From assembly GCF_009914755.1 (NCBI RefSeq), contig NC_060933.1: a stretch of DNA of 64,000 bases, one strand, 5' to 3'. The stretch is from the human T2T-CHM13v2.0 reference genome, Homo sapiens. Position 1 is the stretch's first letter, and every line of letters starts with the position of its first letter. The position numbers were made by a program, and so were the translations under genes. The notes under the pieces were generated by a model. That model did not search any database, was not told where the DNA came from, and saw only the letters and a program-made list of their open reading frames with translations. Shown piece by piece: positions 55,701-64,000 of this stretch.

Positions 55701-58700
55701 CTATTCGTGTTAATTCCATTCCATTCTATTCCATTCCATTCCATTGAAATCGAGTTGATTCCATTCCTTTCCATTCCATTCCATTTCATTCCATTCCATT
55801 CCATTCCCCTGCACTCGGGTTGATTCCATTCCATTCCACTCCATTCCGTTCCATTCCATTCCATTCCATTGTATTCGGGTTAATTCCATTCCATTCCATT
55901 CCATTCCATTCCATTCCATTCCATTACAATCGAGTTGATTCCATTCCATTCCATTCCATTCCATTCCATTCCAGTCCTTTCCGTTCCTTTCCACTCGGGT
56001 TGATTCCATTCTATTAGTTTCCATTCCATTCCATTCCCTTCCATTCCACTCTAGTTGATTCCATTCCTTTCCATTCCACTCGAATACATTCCCTCCTATT
56101 CCACTCGGAAGGATTCCATTCCATTCCATTCCATTCCATTCCATTCCATTCCATTCCAGTTCGTTCGATTCCATTCTATTCCATACCATTCCATTCCATT
56201 CCATTCCTTTCCATTCCATTCCTTTCCACTCGTGTTGATTCCATTCCTTTCCATTCCATTCGGTTTGAAGGCATTCCATTCCGTTCAATTCCATTCCATT
56301 CCATTCCATTCCATTCCATTCCATTCCATTCTATTCCATTCCATTGCAATCGAGTTGAATCCATTGCCTTTCATTCCATTCCATTCCATTCCATTCCATT
56401 CCGGAAGATTCCATTCCATTGCATTCCATTCCATTCCATTCCCCTGCACTCGCGTTGATTCCATTCCATTCCATTCCATTCCATTCCGTTCCATTCCATT
56501 CCATTCCATTCCATTCCATTCCATTCCGTTCCATTCCATTCCATTCCATTCCATTCTATTCGGGTTAATTCCATTCCATTCCATTCGATTGCCATCGAGT
56601 TGATTCCGTTCCATTCCATTCCATTCCATTCCATTCCATTCCACTCCATTCGGTTCCGTTGCATTCCATTCTATTGCATTCCATTCTATTCGGGTTAATT
56701 CCATTCCATTCTATTCCATTCCATTCCATTCCATTCCATTGCAATGGAGTTGATTCCATTCCATTCCATTCCATTCCGGATGATTCCATTCCATTGCATT
56801 CCATTCCGTTCCATTCCCCTGCACTCGTGTTGATTCCATTCCCTTCCATTCCATTCCATTCCGTTCCATTCCATTCCATTCCATTCTATTCCGGTTAATT
56901 CCATTCCATTCCATTCCATTCCATTGCAATCGAGTTGATTCCATTCCATTCCTTTCCATTCCATTCCATTGCCTTGCATTCCACTCGGGTTGATTCCATT
57001 CCCTTCTTTCCACTCTATTACATTCCCTTCCATTCCACTCGGAATGATTGATTCCATTCCATTCCATTCCATTTCATTCCATTGCAATCCATTCCAATCC
57101 ATTCCATTCCATTCCATTCCACTCGAGTTGACTTCATTCCATTCCTTTCCATTCCATTCCATTCCTTTCCACTCGAGTTGATTCCATTCCATTCCATTCA
57201 ATTGCATTCCATTCCATGCCATTCCACTCGGGTTGATTCCATTCCTTTGCATTCCATTCCATTCCATTCCATTCCATTCCATTCCATTCCATTCCGTTGC
57301 ATTCCATTCCATTACATTCGGATTGATTCTATTCAACTCCCTTACTGTCCATTACATTCCATTCCATTCGGGTTGTTCCATTCCATTCCATTCCATTCCA
57401 CTCCATTCCATTGCACTCGGGTTGATTCCATTCCATTCCATTCCTTTCCATTCCATTCCATTCCGGATGATTCCATTCCATTGCATTCCGTTCCATTACA
57501 TTCCCCTGCACTCGCGTTGATTCCATTCCATTCCATCCCATTCCATTCAATTCCATTCCATTACAATTCGTTCCATTCCATTCTATTCCGTACCATTCCA
57601 TTCCATTCCATTCCATTCCATTCCAATCCGTTCCATTCCGTTCCATTCCATTCCATTCTATTCGGGTTAATTCCATTCCATTCCATTCCATTCCATTCTA
57701 TTCCATTCCATTGCAATCGAGTTGAATCCACTGCATTTCATTCCATTCCATTCCATTCCATTCCATTCCGGAATATTCCATTCCATTGCATTCCATTCCA
57801 TTCCATTCCCCTGCACTCGCGTTGATTCCATTCCATTCCATTCCATTCCATTCCATTCCGTTCCGTTCCGTTCCTTTCCATTCCATTCCATTCCATTCCA
57901 TTCCATTCCGTTCCGTTCCATTCCATTCCATTCCATTCTATTCGGGTTAATTCCATTCCATTCCATTCGATTGCAATCGAGTTGATTCCATTGCATTCCA
58001 TTCCATTCCATTCCATTCCATTCCTTTCCATTCCATTACGGATGATTCCATTCCATTGCATTCCATTCCATTCCATTCCCCTGTACTCGGGTTGATTCCA
58101 TTCCATTGCATTCCAATCCATGCCCTTCCACTCGTGTTGATTCCATTCTTTCCATTCCATTCAAGTTGAATCCATTCCATTGCATTCCATTCCTTTCGAT
58201 TCCATTCGATTGCACTCGGGTTGATTCCATTCCATTGCATTCCATTCCATTCCATTCCATTCCATTCCATTCCGTTCCATTCCATTCCATTACATTCGGA
58301 TTGATTCTATTCAATTCCCTTACACTCCATTACATTCCATTCCATTCGGGGAGTTTCCATTCCATTCCATTCCATTCCTCTCCATTCCATTGCACTCGGG
58401 TTGATTCCATTCCATTGCATTCCATTCCATTCCATTCAATTCCATTCTGTTCCATTCCTTTCCATTCCATTCCATTCGGATTGATTCTATTCAACTCCCT
58501 TACTCTCCATTACATTCCATTCCATTCGGGCTGTTCCATTCCATTCCATTCCATTCCACTCCATTCCATTGCACTCGGGTTTATTCCATTCCATTCCATT
58601 CCATTCCATTCCATTCCATTCCATTCCATTCCGGAAGATTCCATTCCATTGCATTCCATTCCATTCCATTCCCCTGCACTCGCGTTGATTCCATTCCATT

Positions 58701-61194
58701 CCATTCCATTCCATTCCTTTCCGATCCATTCCATTCCATTCCATTCCATTCCATTCCATTCCATTCTATTCCGTTCCGTTCCGTTCCGTTCCATTCCATT
58801 CCATTCCATTCCAATCGAGTTGATTCCATTCCATTCCATTCCGTTCCATTCCACTCCATTCCAGTCCTTTCCATTCCATTCCACTCGGGTTGATTCCAAT
58901 GTATTCCTTTCCATTCCATTCCATTCCATTGCAATCGAGTTGATTCCATTGCTTTGCATTCCATTCCATTCCATTCCGGATGATTCCATTCCATTGCATT
59001 CCATTCCATTCCATTCCCCTGCACTCGGGTTGATTCCATTCCATTCCACTCCATTCCATTCCATTCCATTCCGTTGTATTCGGGTTAATTCCATTCCATT
59101 ACATTCCATTCCATTCCATTCCAATCCATTACAATCGAGTGGATTCCATTCCATTCCATTCCATTCCATTCCAGTCCTTTCCATTCCATTCCACTCGGGT
59201 TGATTCCATTCTATTAGATTCCATTCCATTCCATTCCCTTCCATACCACTCTGGTTGATTCCATTGCTTTCCATTCCACTCGAATACATTCCCTCCTATT
59301 CCACTCGGAACGATTCTATTCCATTCCATTGCATTCCATTCCATTCCATTCCATTTCGTTCCATTCCATTCTATTCCGTACCATTCCATTCCATTCCATT
59401 CCTTTCCATTCCATTCCATTCCACTCGTGTTGATTCCATTCCTTTCCATTCCATTCGGTTTGAAAGCATTCCATTCCATTCAATTCCACTCCATTCCATT
59501 CCATTCCATTCCATTCCATTCCATTCCATTCCATTCCATTCCATTCCATTCCATTGTACTCGTGTTGATTCCATTCCATTCCATTCCATTCCATTCCATT
59601 CCATTCCATTACATTCCATTCCGTTGCATTCCATTCCATTACATTCGGATTGATTCTATTCAACTCCCTTACTCTCCATTACATTCCATTCCATTCGGGT
59701 TGTTCCATTCCATTCCATTCCATTCCATTCCACTCCATTCCATTGCACTCGGGTTGATTCCATTCCATTCCATTCCATTCCATTCCGGATGATTCCATTC
59801 CATTGCATTCCGTTCCATTACATTCCCCTGCACTCGCGTTGATTCCATTCCATTCCATTCCATTCCATTCAATTCCATTCCATTACAATTCGTTCAATTC
59901 CATTCTATTCCGTACCATTCCATTCCATTCCATACCATTCCATTCCATTCCATTCCATTCCATTCCGTTCCATTCCGTTCCATTCCATTCCATTTCATTC
60001 TATTCGGGTTAATTCCATTCCATTCCATTCCATTCCATTCTATTCCATTCCATTGCAATCGAGTTGAATCCATTGCATTTCATTCCATTCCATTCCATTC
60101 CATTCCGGAAGATTCCATTCCATTGCATTCCATTCCATTCCATTTCCCTGCACTCGCGTTGATTCCATTCCATTCCATTCCATTCCATTCCATTCCGTTC
60201 CGTTCCGTTCCGTTCCAATCCATTCCATTCCATTCCATTGCATTCCGTTCCGTTCCATTCCATTCCATTCCATTCTATTTGGGTTAATTCCATTCCATTC
60301 CATTCGATTGCAATCGAGTTGATTCCATTCCATTCCATTCCATTCCATTCCATTCCATTCCTTTCCATTCCATTACGGATGATTCCATTCCATTGCATTC
60401 CATTCCGTTCCATTCCCCTGTACTCGGGTTGATTCCATTCCATTCCATTCCAATCCGTGCCATTCCACTCGTGTTGATTCCATTCTTTCCATTCCATTCA
60501 AGTTGAATCCATTCCATTGCATTGCATTCCATTCGATTCCATTCGATTGCACTCGGGTTGATTCCATTCCATTCCATTCCATTCCATTCCATTCCATTCC
60601 ATTCGGATTGATTCTATTCAATTCCCTTACACTCCATTACATTCCATTCCATTCGGGTAGTTTCCATTCGATTCCATTCCATTCCTCTCCATTCCATTGC
60701 ACTCGGGTTGATTCCATTCCATTGCATTCCATTCCATTCCATTCAATTCCATTCCGTTCCATTCCATTCCATTACATTCGGAATGATTCTATTCAACTCC
60801 CTTACTCTCCATTACATTCCATTCCATTCGGGTTGTTCCATTCCATTCCTTTCCATTCCACTCCATTCCATTGCACTCGGGTTGATTCCATTCCATTCCA
60901 TTCCATTCCATTCCATTCCGGAAGATTCCATTCCATTGCATTCCATTACATTCCATTCCCCTGCACTCGCGTTGATTCCATTCCATTCCATTCCATTCCA
61001 TTCCGTTCCATTCCATTCCTTTCCGTTCCATTCCATTCCATTCCATTCCATTCCGTTCCGTTCCGTTCCATTCCATTCCATTCCATTCCATTCTATTCGG
61101 GTTAATTCCATTCCATTCCATTCGATTGCAATCGACTTGATTCCATTCCATTCCATTCCATTCCATTCCATTCCATTGCATTCCGGAAGATTCC
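37753..61194 (-). promoter_or_regulatory. Dispersed perfect three-unit heat-shock elements (aTTCc-gGAAg-aTTCc on +), right arm, about 21 copies
   Basis: Starts at 37753, 40130, 42382, 43151, 45465, 46852, 47625, 48467, 50240, 51053, 51313, 53081, 53969, 54234, 55343, 56398, 57765, 58628, 60102, 60915 and 61180. Confidence 0.7.
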
Positions 61195-61520
61195 ATTCCA
61201 TTGCATTCCATTCCGTTCCATTCCCCTGCACTCGCGTTGATTCCATTCCATTCCATTCCATTCCATTCCATTCCATTCCGTTCCGTTCCGTTCCATTCCA
61301 TTCCGTTCCATTCCATTCCGTTCCGTTCCGTTCCATTCCATTCCATTCCATTCTATTCGGGTTAATTCCATTCCATTCCATTCCATTGCAATCGAGTTGA
61401 TTCCATTCCATTCCATTCCATTGCATTCCATTCCATTCCATTCCTTTCCATTCCATTACGGATGATTCCATTCCATTGCATTCCATTCCATTCCATTCCC
61501 CTGTACTCGGGTTGATTTCA
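42960..61520 (-). repeat. Large direct block duplication within the right arm (about 42960-51660 vs about 55150-61520; the second copy has internal deletions)
   Basis: Private variants are shared in the same order: CCACCATTCC about 42981/55173, GCCATCGAGT about 45673/56591, GAATCCACTGC 46811/57724, GGAATATTCC 46857/57770, CAATCCGTGCC 50584/60451, CGACTTGATT 51271/61133. Confidence 0.75.
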
Positions 61521-62469
61521 TTCCATTCCATTCCATTCCATTCCATTCCATTCCATTGCAATCCATTCCATTCCTTTCCCCTGCACTCGGGTTGATTCCA
61601 TTCCTTTCCATTCCATTTAATTCCATTCCATTCCATTCCATTCCATTCCAATCCGTTCCATTCCATTCCATTCTATTCCACTGCAATCGACTTGATTCCA
61701 TTCCATTCCATTCTATTCCATTCCATTCCATTCCATTCCATTCCATTCCATTCCATTTTGTTCCAATCCATTCTATTCCGAACCATTCCATTCCATTCCA
61801 TTCCATTCCATTCCATTCCATTCCATTCCATGCCATTCCACTCGGGTTGATTCCATTCCATTCCATTCCATTCCATTCCATTCCATTCCATTCCGTTCCG
61901 TTCCATTCCATTTCATTACATTCATATTGATTCTATTCAATTCCCTTACACTCCATTATATTCCAATCCATTCTGGTTGTTTCCATTCCATTCCATTCCA
62001 TTTCACTCCATTCCATTGCACTCGGTTTGATTCCATTCCATTTCATTCCATTCCATTCCGGATGATTCCATTCCATTGCATTCCATTCCATTCCATTCCC
62101 CTGCACTCAGGTTGATTCCATTCCATTCCATTCCACTCCATTCGGTTCCGTTCCATTCCATTCTATTGCATTCCATTCTATTCGGGTTAATTCCATTCCA
62201 TTCTATTCCATTCCATTCCATTCCATTCCATTGCAATGGAGTTGATTCCATTCCATTCCATTCCATTCCGGATGATTCCATTCCATGGCATTCCATTCCA
62301 TTCCATTCCCCTGCACTCGTGTTGATTCCATTACCTTCTATTCCATTCCATTCCGTTCCATTCCATTGCATTCCATTCTATTCCGGTTAATTCCATTCCA
62401 TTCCATTCCATTCCATTCCATTCCATTGCAATCGAGTTGATTCCATTCCATTCCTTTCCATTCCATTGC

Positions 62470-62613
62470 ATTGCCTTGCATTCCAATCGGGTTGATTCCA
62501 TTCCCTTCTTTCCACTCCATTATATTCCCTTCCATTCCATTCCATTGCCTTGCATTCCAATCGGGTTGATTCCATTCCCTTCTTTCCACTCCATTACATT
62601 CCCTTCCATTCCA
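62470..62613 (-). repeat. 74-bp tandem duplication
   Basis: TTGCCTTGCATTCCAATCGGGTTGATTCCATTCCCTTCTTTCCACTCCATTA occurs at 62471 and 62545. Confidence 0.9.
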
Positions 62614-64000
62614 CTCGGAATGATTGATTCCATTCCATTCCATTCCATTTCATTCCATTGCAATCCATTCCAATCCATTCCATTCCATTGCACTCGAGTT
62701 GATTTCATTCCATTCCTTTCCATTCCATTCCATTCCTTTCCATTCGAGTTGATTCCATTCCATTCCATTCCATTGCATTCCATTCCATGCCATTCCACTC
62801 GGGTTGATTCCATTCCTTTGCATTCCATTCCATTCCATTCCATTCCATTCCATTCCATTTCATTCCATTCCATTCCGGATGATTCCATTCCATTGCATTC
62901 CATTCCATTCCATTCCCCTGCACTCGCGTTGATTCCATTCCGTTCCATTCCATTCCATTCCATTCCATTCCGTTCCGTTCCGTTCCGTTCCATTCCATTC
63001 CATTCCATTCCATTCCGTTCCGTTCCATTGCATTCCATTCCATTCTATTCGGGTTAATTCCATTCCATTCCATTCCATTCCATTCCATTCCATTCCAATC
63101 GAGTTGATTCCATTCCATTCCATTCCATTCCATTCCATTCCACTCCATTCCAGTCCTTTCCATTCCATTCCACTCCGGTTGATTCCAATGTATTCCTTTC
63201 CATTCCATTCCATTCCATTGCAATCGAGTTGATTCCATTGCTTTGCATTCCATTCCATTCCATTCCATTCCGGATGATTCCATTCCATTGTATTCCATTC
63301 CATTCCATTCCCCTGCACTCGGGTTGATTCCATTCCATTCCACTCCATTCCGTTCCATTCCATTCCATTCCATTGTATTCGGGTTAATTCCATTCCATTC
63401 CATTCCATTCCATTCCATTCCATTCCATTCCATTACATTCGAGTTGATTCCATTCCATTCCATTCCATTCCAGTCCTTTCCATTCCATTCCACTCGGGTT
63501 GATTCCATTCTATTAGTTTCCATTCCATTCCATTCCCTTCCATTCCACTCTGGTTGATTCCATTCCTTTCCATTCCAGTCGAATAAATTCCCTCATATTC
63601 CACTCGCAACGATTCCATTCCATTCCATTCCATTCCATTCCATTTCGTTCCATTCCTTTCTATTCCGTATCATTCCATTCCATTACATTCCATTCCATTC
63701 CATTCCACTCGTGTTGATTCCATTCCTTTCCATTCCATTCGGTTTGAAGGCATTCCATTCCATTCCATTCCATTCCATTCCATTCCATTCCATTCCATTC
63801 CATTCCATTGTACTCTGGTTCATTGCATTCCATTGCATTCCATTCCATTCCATTCCGTTGCATTCCATTCCATTACATTCGGATTGATTCTATTCAACTC
63901 AATTACATTCCATTACATTCCATTCCATTCGGGTTCTTCCATTCCATTCCATTCCATTCCACTCCATTCCATTGCACTCGGGTTGATTCCATTCCATTCC

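Larger units (their letters stand above)
35309..64000 (-). repeat. Human Satellite III (HSat3) array, right arm, inverted: (CATTC)n on +, GGAAT on -
   Basis: Continuous ATTCC pentamers with ACTCGGGTTG/ATTCGGGTT 10-mers. The variant words are the same as in the left arm, in reverse complement. Confidence 0.97.

Noticed and set aside
1-64000. Hundreds of ORFs encoding MEWNG- or HSIPF-repeat proteins (up to 365 aa, e.g. 58106-59203, 25174-26211)
   Set aside because: (GGAAT)3 encodes MEWNG and its complement HSIPF with no stop in any frame, so long overlapping ORFs in all six frames are expected. There is no domain, codon or splice evidence for coding.
1-64000. HSat2, alpha satellite/CENP-B boxes, telomeric repeats or inserted Alu/L1
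   Set aside because: I saw no HSat2 23/26-bp units, 171-bp monomers, TTAGGG runs, poly(A) tails, target-site duplications or non-satellite stretches.

Overview
The whole 64 kb is classical human-type Satellite III (HSat3) DNA: (GGAAT)n/(CATTC)n pentamers interrupted by the diagnostic CAACCCGA(G/A)T 10-mer and about 15 other recurrent 10-40 nt variant 'words'. From recall, the module content (AATCAACCCGAGTGCAATCG...CCGAGTACAGG) matches the chromosome 9q12 SatIII/pHuR98-type subfamily; this was not verified by a search. I found no gene, transposon, RNA gene or unique sequence. All listed ORFs (MEWNG/HSIPF repeats) are artefacts of a stop-free pentamer. The dominant structural feature is one strand switch (inversion breakpoint) at about 35,311: GGAAT on + to the left and GGAAT on - to the right, so the G-rich strands converge. 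The join has a 5-bp CGAGT microhomology inside a small hairpin, and short out-of-register segments sit on both sides. Other structure includes about 40 perfect three-unit heat-shock elements (nGAAnnTTCnnGAAn) built into one recurring module, several recent and nested tandem duplications (50 bp to 3.3 kb), and larger dispersed or inverted block copies. I see no evidence for a new protein-coding system; the interesting signals are structural and regulatory. Counts and offsets were read by eye and are approximate.
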